Assembly: GCF_014252315.1 (NCBI RefSeq)
Contig: NZ_CP059216.1
Location: 180,001-212,000, forward strand
DNA length: 32,000 nt
From: Candidatus Saccharimonadota bacterium
Lineage (GTDB): Bacteria; Bacteroidota; Bacteroidia; Flavobacteriales; Blattabacteriaceae
Direction: 5' to 3'
The notes under the pieces are model-generated. The model was not told where the DNA came from, ran no database searches, and worked only from the letters and a program-made list of their open reading frames with translations. The translations under genes and the position numbers were made by a program. Positions within the stretch are counted from its first letter, which is position 1. The number at the start of each line of letters is the position of its first letter. Of the stretch, positions 1 through 8,428 are shown piece after piece.

Positions 1-123
1 ATTTTTCCATATTCCATTTCTATATTCAGAACAAAACATATGATCAGAATAATAACTACCAAAAGATATTTTTTTAAAATTAACTTTCCTTAATTGTGAT
101 AAAAATGTTTTTTCTATTTTCAT
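1..123 (-). CDS. ilvE: Branched-chain amino acid aminotransferase, N-terminal 41 codons only (the gene continues beyond the left edge)
   Basis: The reverse complement from the ATG (cat at 121-123) reads MKIEKTFLSQLRKVNFKKISFGSYYSDHMFCSEYRNGIWKN with no stop to position 1. The FG..(Y/F)(S/T)DHMF......G.W pattern is the typical N-terminus of the long (about 355 aa) BCAT family. This ORF is missing from the ORF track because it is cut by the window edge. Confidence 0.7.
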   Translation of the reverse strand, partial: MKIEKTFLSQLRKVNFKKISFGSYYSDHMFCSEYRNGIWKN

Positions 124-206
124 ATTTATATTAATTCACAAATAATATATAACATAAAATATCATTAAATAAATATATGGATAATACCAATAATTTCAAT
201 AAATTA

Positions 207-2636
207 TTATTCTATAATTATTTTTAATACATTATCTATAATATTATCAATAGAAGGTTTAGAAAAATAATCACCATCAGATCCATAAGCAGGTCTATGT
301 TCTTTAGCTGTTATTGTAATAGGTTTATTATCTAAATAATAATAACCATTTTGTTTTTCTAAAATATTTTGTAATATATATGCAGAGGCTCCTCCTGGAA
401 CATCTTCATCTACAATTAATAATTTACTAGTTTTTTTTAAACTTTTAACTATATCTTTACGTAAATCAAATGGATATAAAGATTGAACATCAATAATTTC
501 AGCTTCTATATTAAATTTAATTAATTCTTTTGCAGCTTCATCTACAATTTTCCAAGTAGATCCATATGTTACTATAGTAATATCTTTTCCTTTTCTTGTT
601 ATATCTACTATACCAATAGGAGTTTTAAATAAACCTAAATTACTAGGTAATAATTCTTTAATCCTATATCCATTAAGACATTCAATAACTAAAGCTGGAT
701 CATCTGATAATAATAATGAATTATAAAATCCAGCTGCTTTAACCATATTTCTTGGAACTAATATTAAAATACCTCTCAAATAATTAATTATACCACCCAT
801 AGGAGATCCAGAATGCCATATACCTTCTAAACGATGACCTCTAGTCCTTATAATAAGAGGAGATTTTTGCCCGCCTTTAGTTCTATACTGTAAACAGGCT
901 AGATCATCACTCATAATCTGTAATGCATATAATAAATAATCTATATATTGTATTTCAACTATGGGGCGTAATCCTCTCATAGCTAGGCCTATACCTTGAC
1001 CTATAATAGTAGATTCTCGTATTCCAGTGTCAAATATACGATTTTCTCCATATTTTTTCTGTAATCCTTCTAATCCTTTATTTACATCACCCATTTTTCC
1101 AACATCTTCTCCAAATATTAAAAGATCAGGATATAATTCTAACAATTTATCAAAATTATCTCTTAATATTATTCTTCCATCTACTTTATTAATATATTTT
1201 TTATTATATGTTGGAAAAATTTCTATTATATTTTTAAATGATTGTTTAGAATTACTAAATAAATGTGAAGAATAATTTTTTTGTTCTTCTTTATATTTTT
1301 TATTTATCCAATTTGTTAAAATACATTTCAATTTTGAATAAAAATTTGTTTTATCTAATGTATACAGTATTTTTTTTATTAAAATAAATATTGATTTTTT
1401 ATTAATTATATTTTTGTTTTCTAATTTTTTTATATAATTATTTATCCAAAAATATTTATTATTTATATTATTATAGTTTATATTATTATTAATAATATTT
1501 AATGCTTCATTTTTTAATTTATCAATAGATTTTTTAAAATCATTCCATGATTTTTTTTGTTCATTTTTAACATATTCTTTAGCTTCTATATCTATTTTAG
1601 ATAAAATAAAATCTCCATCTACAATTTTAGATCCTTTAAGTTCAAAATTTAAAATCCAATTTCTAAATTTTATTAAACTATCGTTTTTATATTCCCATTC
1701 TAATCGTTCTTTTGGTTTATATCTTTCATGTGAAGAAGAAGTTGAATGACCTTGTGGTTGTGTTAAATTTTTTACATGAATAATTACAGGAACATACTCA
1801 TAACGAGCTATTTTATTTGCTATAAAATATGTATTTACAAGATCAATATAATTACTTCCTTCTACTTGAAAAACTTCAACACCTTTTTCATTTTTATTTC
1901 TAATAAATCCATATAATAAATCTCCTATATTATTTTTTGAAAAATGGTATTTATTAGGAACTGATATTCCGTATTCATCATCCCAAATAGATAGTATTAT
2001 AGGTACTTGCAATACTGATGCTGCGTTTATAGTTTCCCAAAATAACCCCTCAGAAATGCTTGCATTTCCAATAGTACCGAAAGCTACTTCATATCCATTT
2101 TTTGAAAATTTTTTATGTGTAAATTTTAAATTTTTTAGTTTTCTATAAATTTTTGAAGCATGTGCTAGCCCTAATAATCTAGGCATTTGAGATGCAGTAG
2201 GAGAAATATCAGAACTAGAATTTTTTTTTTTAGTAAGATCATCCCATTCCCCATATTCATTTAAAAAACGTGTTCCAAAATGAGAAGTCATCATTCTTCC
2301 TGATGAAGAAGGATCAAATTTTATATCTGAATGAGCATACAATTGAGAAAAAAAATTTTTAACTGTTAATTCTCCAATAGCCATCATAAATGTTTGATCT
2401 CTATAATATCCAGAACGATAATCACCATTTCTAAAAATTTTAGACATAGCTATTTGAGGAATTTCTTTTCCATCACCAAATATTCCAAATTTAGCTTTTC
2501 CATTTAAGACTTCTTTTCTACCTAAAATACTAGTTTCACGACTTATCTTAGCTAATTTATAATCTTTTAATATCATTTTTTTCAAGGAATTAAAAGACAT
2601 TTTATTGAATAAATCATAAAATCTTTTATTATTCAT
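207..2636 (-). CDS. 2-oxoacid (branched-chain type) dehydrogenase E1 component, fused alpha and beta subunits (TPP-dependent)
   Basis: 809-aa ORF. The N-terminal half looks like E1-alpha (GIFGDGKE, TIGNASISEGLFWETINAA). The C-terminal half looks like E1-beta or transketolase-like (GEDVGKMGDV, RIFDTGIRESTIIGQGIGLAMRGLRPIVEIQYIDY). A single-chain alpha/beta architecture of about 800 aa is common in Bacteroidota. It sits directly upstream of ilvE on the same strand. Confidence 0.85.
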   Translation of the reverse strand: MNNKRFYDLFNKMSFNSLKKMILKDYKLAKISRETSILGRKEVLNGKAKFGIFGDGKEIPQIAMSKIFRNGDYRSGYYRDQTFMMAIGELTVKNFFSQLYAHSDIKFDPSSSGRMMTSHFGTRFLNEYGEWDDLTKKKNSSSDISPTASQMPRLLGLAHASKIYRKLKNLKFTHKKFSKNGYEVAFGTIGNASISEGLFWETINAASVLQVPIILSIWDDEYGISVPNKYHFSKNNIGDLLYGFIRNKNEKGVEVFQVEGSNYIDLVNTYFIANKIARYEYVPVIIHVKNLTQPQGHSTSSSHERYKPKERLEWEYKNDSLIKFRNWILNFELKGSKIVDGDFILSKIDIEAKEYVKNEQKKSWNDFKKSIDKLKNEALNIINNNINYNNINNKYFWINNYIKKLENKNIINKKSIFILIKKILYTLDKTNFYSKLKCILTNWINKKYKEEQKNYSSHLFSNSKQSFKNIIEIFPTYNKKYINKVDGRIILRDNFDKLLELYPDLLIFGEDVGKMGDVNKGLEGLQKKYGENRIFDTGIRESTIIGQGIGLAMRGLRPIVEIQYIDYLLYALQIMSDDLACLQYRTKGGQKSPLIIRTRGHRLEGIWHSGSPMGGIINYLRGILILVPRNMVKAAGFYNSLLLSDDPALVIECLNGYRIKELLPSNLGLFKTPIGIVDITRKGKDITIVTYGSTWKIVDEAAKELIKFNIEAEIIDVQSLYPFDLRKDIVKSLKKTSKLLIVDEDVPGGASAYILQNILEKQNGYYYLDNKPITITAKEHRPAYGSDGDYFSKPSIDNIIDNVLKIIIE

Positions 2637-2702
2637 GATAACAGAATTTTCATTTATAAATTTCTTTTTTTAATTTTGAAAATTATATTCATAATTGTTA
2701 TA

Positions 2703-3143
2703 ATGATAAATTATTTTGGAAAAATAACTCTTTCTATCATAAAACCAGATGCGGTTAAAAATGGATATATATGCCCTATTTTAATAAAAACATTTAATGC
2801 AGGATTTAATGTAAAATTAATAAAAACAGTTAAAATTTCTAAAAATCTAATATCAAAATTTTATGAAGAACATAGAAAAAAATATTTTTTTAATTCATTA
2901 ATAAAATTTATGTCTTCCGGTATTATAGTACCAATGGTATTAGAAAAAAATAATGCAGTAAAAGATTTTAGAAATTTGATAGGAAATACAGATCCAATAA
3001 TTGCAAAAAAAGGTACAATACGAAATTTATATGCAACTTCTTTAGAAAAGAATGCAATTCATGGATCTGATAGTAACATAAAAGCTATCAAAGAATGTAT
3101 TTTTTTTTTTCCAAACATTATAAATAATATCATAAAATCATGA
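2703..3143 (+). CDS. ndk: Nucleoside diphosphate kinase
   Basis: The ORF contains SIIKPDAV, FMSSGIIVPMVLE and the active-site motif NAIHGSDS. The ORF track starts at a TTG (2676). The ATG at 2703 gives a normal Ndk N-terminus. The stop TGA overlaps the lemA ATG (ATGA at 3140-3143). Confidence 0.9.
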   Translation: MINYFGKITLSIIKPDAVKNGYICPILIKTFNAGFNVKLIKTVKISKNLISKFYEEHRKKYFFNSLIKFMSSGIIVPMVLEKNNAVKDFRNLIGNTDPIIAKKGTIRNLYATSLEKNAIHGSDSNIKAIKECIFFFPNIINNIIKS

Positions 3144-3745
3144 AAAAATATTTTTTTAATATTATTATATCTATAATAATTTTTTTTACTATAATAGGTC
3201 TTTGGAGTATTAGTATATACAATAATCTAATACTATTAAATGAAAAGATAAAAAATCAATGGGGGCAAGTAGAAAATGTTTATCAACGAAGATTAGATTT
3301 AATACCAAACTTAGTTAATACAGTAAAAGGAGCTGCTTCATTTGAAAATAAAACATTAACACAAATAGTAGAAGCTAGATCTAAAGCTAATTCTATTCAA
3401 TTAAATTCAAATGAATTAGATCAAAATCAAATAAATAAATTTGAAAAAACACAAGAAAATTTAAATAATTACGTAGGAAAATTATTAGTAGTAGTAGAAA
3501 ATTATCCAGATATAAAATCTACAAAAAATTTTTCTGAATTACAAAACCAATTAGAAGGAACTGAAAATAGAATTAATGTTGAAAGAAATAGATTTAATGA
3601 ACAAGTTGGTAATTTTAACACTTATAGAAATCAATTTCCTAAAATAATTATTGCAAATTTTTTTGATAAGTTTAAAGAAAAAGGATATTTTAAATCTCAA
3701 AATGGATCAAATAAATCTCCATTGATAGATTTTTCACATTATTAA
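3140..3745 (+). CDS. lemA: LemA family membrane protein
   Basis: One N-terminal TM helix is followed by the LemA signature region WGQVENVYQRRLDLIPNLVNTVKGAASFE and RINVERNRFNEQV. Confidence 0.85.
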   Translation: MKKYFFNIIISIIIFFTIIGLWSISIYNNLILLNEKIKNQWGQVENVYQRRLDLIPNLVNTVKGAASFENKTLTQIVEARSKANSIQLNSNELDQNQINKFEKTQENLNNYVGKLLVVVENYPDIKSTKNFSELQNQLEGTENRINVERNRFNEQVGNFNTYRNQFPKIIIANFFDKFKEKGYFKSQNGSNKSPLIDFSHY

Positions 3746-3746
3746 T

Positions 3747-4526
3747 ATGAAAATAGTTTTTAAGAAAATATTATTTTTATTAATATTATTAAATATTATT
3801 TCTTTAATAAAATTAGAAGGAAAAGAATTTACTACATTTATAATACCAAAACCTCCTAATGTAATATATCCTGTTCATGATTATGCAAATGTTTTATCTA
3901 TAAAAGAAATAAAAGATATTAATAAAAAATTAATATTATATTCTAATAATACATCTACAGAAATATTGGTGATATTAGTTAATAGTATATACAAAAATGA
4001 TCCAAAAATGATAGCCCAAGAATGGGGTGAAAAATGGAAAATAGGTGGATTAAAAAATAATGGAATTGTTATATTATTATCAATTAAAGATAAAAAAATA
4101 TCCATACAAAATGGATATGGAATTGAACCTTATTTAACAGATTTTTCAACAAAAGAAATACTTAATAAAAGTAAACCTTTTTTAGAAAAAGGTTTTTATT
4201 ATAAAACTATTAATTATTGTATAACAAATATATATAAAAAATTAGGAAATTATTTTTATAAAAAAAAAATAGTTAGACAAAAATCAAATATAATTTCCAT
4301 AATTACAAGTATAGTTTTATTTATACTGATTTTTTTTATATTCCCAAAAATATTAGGAATTGATTTTTCATTAATAAATACGTTATTTATGATAAACTTA
4401 TTTAAAAATAACAATAATATTAATAATCAAAATCATTATCATTATGAATATAATGATGAAGATGATTTTGATGGATTTGGTAATGGAGGTAGCTTTGGAG
4501 GTGGAGGTAGTGAAGATACTTGGTAA
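3747..4526 (+). CDS. TPM-domain (YgcG-like, putative phosphatase) membrane protein
   Basis: It has a signal or TM segment and a TPM-like core (VHDYANVLS, TSTEILVILVNS, WGEKWKIGGLKNNGIVILLSIKDKKISIQNGYGIEPYLTD). A C-terminal TM helix is followed by the Gly-rich tail GFGNGGSFGGGGSEDTW typical of YgcG-like proteins. It starts 1 nt after the lemA stop. Confidence 0.8.
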   Translation: MKIVFKKILFLLILLNIISLIKLEGKEFTTFIIPKPPNVIYPVHDYANVLSIKEIKDINKKLILYSNNTSTEILVILVNSIYKNDPKMIAQEWGEKWKIGGLKNNGIVILLSIKDKKISIQNGYGIEPYLTDFSTKEILNKSKPFLEKGFYYKTINYCITNIYKKLGNYFYKKKIVRQKSNIISIITSIVLFILIFFIFPKILGIDFSLINTLFMINLFKNNNNINNQNHYHYEYNDEDDFDGFGNGGSFGGGGSEDTW

Positions 4527-4537
4527 TGTTAGTATTT

Positions 4538-7240
4538 TTAATTTTTTTTCAAAAACTTTAAATATTTTTTTAGAAATATTATTTTTTCTAAAATATCCAT
4601 TTTTTTTTTCTTTTCTTTTAAAAGAATATGTTTTGGTACATATAATATATATTTATTATTTGATAAATTTTTATCAATTATATATAACATTTTTTTAAAA
4701 TGAAGTATTTTATTATTAATATCATCAATAAAATTTTTATTTTTTTTATAGTATTTATATTTTAACGTTTTTTTTTCTTCTATAGAAATAAAAAATTTTT
4801 CTGAATCTATGATAAAAAAATATAAAAAAGAAGAATTATTTAATTCTTTTGATAAATAAATTACTTTTGAAACATTTACCATATTTGATAATATCAATTT
4901 ACATTCTTTACTTTCTTTTTTCATAGAAAATAATATGAAATTATGGATATTAGGTATGTTATTTTCGTTTATAATATTACGTATTTTTGATATAATACTA
5001 ATAATTCTTTTAAAAGAATAAATGACCTCCATATTATACTTATTTTTTTTTGGCCATGATGAAATAATTAAAACATTTTTTTTTTCTTTTTTATTTATAA
5101 TACTCCAAATTTTTTCTGAAATAAAAGGAATATATGGATGAAATAATTTTAAAATTTTATTAAATTGGTTTACTGTAAAATCAAGTATATTATTAGATAT
5201 TCCATGTTTTTTATTAACTAATTTTATTATTTCAAGATAAATAGAACAAAAATCATTCCAAAAAAATTTATATAAAATCATTAATGATTCATTTAATTTA
5301 AAATTTTTAATATTGTAATCAGATATTTTTAATATATAATAAAAACGATTTTTTATCCAATTAGAAACATAATTATTTATAATTTTTATATTATCATCAT
5401 CAATAAAAATAGAATTACAATTTTTATTTTTTTTATTAATCCAACTTTGTATTAAACGAAAAGAATTCCATATTTTATTTATAAAATTTCTTCCTTGAAT
5501 AAATATTTTTTCATCAAAATGAAAATCTCTTCCATCAACATTTTTTAATATCATACTAAATCTAACAGCATCTGCTCCATATTTATCAATTAAATGAATG
5601 TAATTAGGAGAATTATTTAATGATTTTGATATTTTTTTATTATTAAAATCTCTAATAATACCTGTAAAAAAAACTTTTTTAAAAGGTATTTTTTTTTTAA
5701 AAAATAATCCAGACATAATCATTCTTGCAACCCAAAAAAATAATATATCTGATCCAGTAATTAAATTATCAGTAGGATAATAATAACATAGTTCTAAATT
5801 ATTTGGATATATAATTCCATCAAATAATGACAAAGGTAACAACCAAGAAGAAAACCATGTATCCAAGACATCCATATCTTGATTAAGATCATCATAAGTA
5901 AGATTATAATTATTAGTTATACGTTTTACTTCTATTAAAGCCTTTTCTATATTTTCTTCTACCACAAAATTATTATTTCCTTTTCCATAATAATATACAG
6001 GAAGACGATGCCCCCACCATAATTGTCTAGATATATTCCAATCACATATTTTATTCATCCATTGAAAATAAATCTTTTTATATTTTTTTGGATAAAACTG
6101 TATTTTTTCATTTTTTACAGCTTTTATAGCTGGTTTAACTATATCATCCATTTTTAAAAACCATTGTATAGACGGAATATATTCAACTATAGAAAATGTT
6201 CTTTCTGAAAATCCTATATTATGAATAATTTTTTCCTTTTTCAATAAAAATCCTAAATTATTTAACTCTTCAACTATCATTTTTCTTACACGAAAACGAT
6301 TTATACCTTTATAATGGTATCCATTATCATTTATAGTAGCATCTTTATTAAAGATATTTATTATATCTAATTTATATTTATCTGAAAGAATTTTATCTTT
6401 AATATTATGAGCAGGAGTAACCTTAAAACATCCTGTTCCAAAATTCATATCTGCGTATAATGAATCCTGTATTACAGGAACAGATCTGTTAATAATTGGA
6501 ACTATAACGTTTTTTCCTCTTACATGAATAAATCTTTCATCTTCAGGATGAAAACAAACGGCTGTATCACCAAATATAGTTTCAGGTCTTGTAGTTGCTA
6601 TGATAATATAATTATCTTCATTTTCTATTTTATATTTTATATAATATAAATTTTCAGTTTTTTTTTTATAAATTACTTCTTCATCAGATATAGTAGTTTT
6701 TGCAACTGTATCCCAATTAACTACTTTATATCCTCTATATATATATCCTTTTTTATATAATTTTACAAATGCTTTTATAACGGATTTATATAATTTATCA
6801 TCCATTGTAAATTTAATTCTATTCCAATCACAAGAACATCCTAATCTTTTAATTTGATCATATATAATATATTTATGATCTTTTACCCATTGTAATACTA
6901 AAGAAATAAATTTTTTTCTTCCTAAATCAAATTTATTTAATCCTTTTTCTTTATATAATTTTTCTGATACTTTAGCTTCTGTAGCAATAGATGCATGATC
7001 AATTCCAGGAATCCAACAAGTGTTATATCCATTCATTCTAGCGTATCTTATAAAAACATCTTGTATTGTATTATTTAACATATGTCCTATATGAAGAACT
7101 CCAGTAATATTTGGAGGAGGCATAATAATTGTATAAGGAACTCTATCATCTGGAAAAGATGAGAAATAATTACCTTTTATCCATTTTTCATATATTTCTT
7201 TTTCTACAAATTTTGAATCATATTTAATAGAAATATCCAT
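4538..7240 (-). CDS. valS: Valyl-tRNA synthetase
   Basis: It carries a class I HIGH motif (PPPNITGVLHIGHMLNN) and a KMSKS-type motif (KISKSLNNS), with the ValRS editing and anticodon-binding layout. The 967-aa ORF-track model begins 67 codons too early. The conserved N-terminus MDISIKYDSKFVEKEIYEKW starts at the ATG at 7240. Confidence 0.95.
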   Translation of the reverse strand: MDISIKYDSKFVEKEIYEKWIKGNYFSSFPDDRVPYTIIMPPPNITGVLHIGHMLNNTIQDVFIRYARMNGYNTCWIPGIDHASIATEAKVSEKLYKEKGLNKFDLGRKKFISLVLQWVKDHKYIIYDQIKRLGCSCDWNRIKFTMDDKLYKSVIKAFVKLYKKGYIYRGYKVVNWDTVAKTTISDEEVIYKKKTENLYYIKYKIENEDNYIIIATTRPETIFGDTAVCFHPEDERFIHVRGKNVIVPIINRSVPVIQDSLYADMNFGTGCFKVTPAHNIKDKILSDKYKLDIINIFNKDATINDNGYHYKGINRFRVRKMIVEELNNLGFLLKKEKIIHNIGFSERTFSIVEYIPSIQWFLKMDDIVKPAIKAVKNEKIQFYPKKYKKIYFQWMNKICDWNISRQLWWGHRLPVYYYGKGNNNFVVEENIEKALIEVKRITNNYNLTYDDLNQDMDVLDTWFSSWLLPLSLFDGIIYPNNLELCYYYPTDNLITGSDILFFWVARMIMSGLFFKKKIPFKKVFFTGIIRDFNNKKISKSLNNSPNYIHLIDKYGADAVRFSMILKNVDGRDFHFDEKIFIQGRNFINKIWNSFRLIQSWINKKNKNCNSIFIDDDNIKIINNYVSNWIKNRFYYILKISDYNIKNFKLNESLMILYKFFWNDFCSIYLEIIKLVNKKHGISNNILDFTVNQFNKILKLFHPYIPFISEKIWSIINKKEKKNVLIISSWPKKNKYNMEVIYSFKRIISIISKIRNIINENNIPNIHNFILFSMKKESKECKLILSNMVNVSKVIYLSKELNNSSFLYFFIIDSEKFFISIEEKKTLKYKYYKKNKNFIDDINNKILHFKKMLYIIDKNLSNNKYILYVPKHILLKEKKKKMDILEKIIFLKKYLKFLKKN

Positions 7241-7259
7241 AAAAATAATAATTTTTTTA

Positions 7260-7754
7260 ATGAATATAATATTAATTGCATCTGTTTCCAAAAATGGATT
7301 TATAGGAAAAAATAATAAATTAATGTGGCATCTTCCTAATGATTTAATAAGATTTAAAAAATTAACTTTAGGAAAGTATATTCTTATGGGAAGAAAAACT
7401 TTTGATTCAATAGGAAAAATACTTACAAAAAGAACAAACATTATCCTGACAAGGAAAAAAAATAAATTTTTACATTTAATAGAAAAAAAAAATATAAAAA
7501 TTGTCTCTTCTTATGAAGAAATAGAACATTTATATTGCAAAGAAATTTTTGTTATTGGAGGAGGACAAATATATAATAAAATGATAAAAAAAGCGAAAAA
7601 AATAGAACTAACATTAGTTCATAAACATTTTAATGGTGATACTAAATTTCCAAAAATAAATATAAATAAATGGAAAAAAACAAAAGAACTTTTTAATAAA
7701 AAAGATAAATTTCACTTATACGATTATAGTTTCATAAGTTTAATAAGAAAATAA
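7260..7754 (+). CDS. folA: Dihydrofolate reductase
   Basis: The sequence IILIASVSKNGFIGKNNKLMWHLPNDLIRFKKLTLGKYILMGRKTFDSIG matches the DHFR N-terminal fold motifs. Its 164 aa is a typical size. Confidence 0.9.
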   Translation: MNIILIASVSKNGFIGKNNKLMWHLPNDLIRFKKLTLGKYILMGRKTFDSIGKILTKRTNIILTRKKNKFLHLIEKKNIKIVSSYEEIEHLYCKEIFVIGGGQIYNKMIKKAKKIELTLVHKHFNGDTKFPKININKWKKTKELFNKKDKFHLYDYSFISLIRK

Positions 7755-8428
7755 ATAAAATTAATCTCTTTTATCTAATTCTTTTTTTATTTGTGCAGAA
7801 AGTTCATAGTATTCATTAATAATAGTTTTATATAATAATATATTGAGATCTTTATTTGTTATTTTTCCAAGATTTTTAACCTGATTTTTTTCTTTTAGAA
7901 ATAGAAATTCATTTTCTTATATTTATAGAACATTATTAGTAAACTAATAATTTTTTTTTGTTGTATAAATAGTAATTTTAAATATTACAGCTAAAGCTAT
8001 AACATCAGAAATTTTATTTTATATATATAAAAAAAAATATTCCATTAATTAATTTATAAATTATAATAGATTTTAAGTGAAAAATTTTTTGCAAATGAAA
8101 AAAGTAAATCATGTGTAAATAATTTATAATTATTTATTTTACTATTTTATTTATAGAATTAACAATAGATTTTGCTTGTTAATTTTCTACAATTAAAGGT
8201 AATTTTGATTTATCATAAATTTTTTCTTTAAGTAATAAAACATATACTCCTGATTGTATTTTACTATATTATATACCTTATTATAGATAGTTTTATTAAC
8301 TGATTCATAATAATTGATTAATACAATTAATAATCATTCGTTCTAAAATATACTAAATCTTGTAGTTATTTTTTTATGAAAAATTATTAATATTTTTATA
8401 TATTTAATTATTTAATATTTAAACTATA
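7755..8428. other. Gene-free, extremely AT-rich spacer with stop-riddled ORF debris (probable eroded gene remnant, identity unknown)
   Basis: No ORF is long enough to appear in the track. The minus-strand reading of 7761-7913 gives a stop-terminated, start-less tail (ENEFLFLKEKNQVKNLGKITNKDLNILLYKTIINEYYELSAQIKKELDKRD*). Around 8160-8260 the minus strand reads KIQSGVYVLLLKEKIYDKSKLPLIVEN*QAKSIVNSINKIVK*. I saw no conserved structured-RNA motifs. Confidence 0.4.

Noticed and set aside
1027-1275. Antisense ORFs embedded in conserved genes: 1027-1275 (+), 3881-4105 (-), 4444-4698 (+), 10429-10782 (+), 19703-19936 (+), 26187-26378 (+), 28737-28925 (+), 29037-29393 (+)
   Set aside because: Each lies wholly or largely opposite a gene with strong family motifs. 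Their products are low-complexity Phe/Ile/Leu/Ser-rich strings with no recognisable domain, as expected from the complement of Lys/Asn/Glu-rich coding sequence.
7241-7441. The 67-codon N-terminal extension of the valS ORF (967-aa model) overlapping the folA start
   Set aside because: The extension (MFVLFVSIFPIESKVF...) is hydrophobic junk antisense to the conserved DHFR N-terminus. The canonical ValRS N-terminus (MDISIKYDSKFVEKEIYEKW) starts at the ATG at 7240.
7755-8428. A possible structured RNA gene (tmRNA, RNase P RNA, SRP or 6S RNA) in the long spacer
   Set aside because: I saw no G+C-containing conserved cores, such as the RNase P GAGGAAAGTCC-type motif or the SRP hairpin motif, and no tRNA-like end. 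The composition is too AT-extreme for a stable structured RNA. This is not formally excluded without a covariance-model search.
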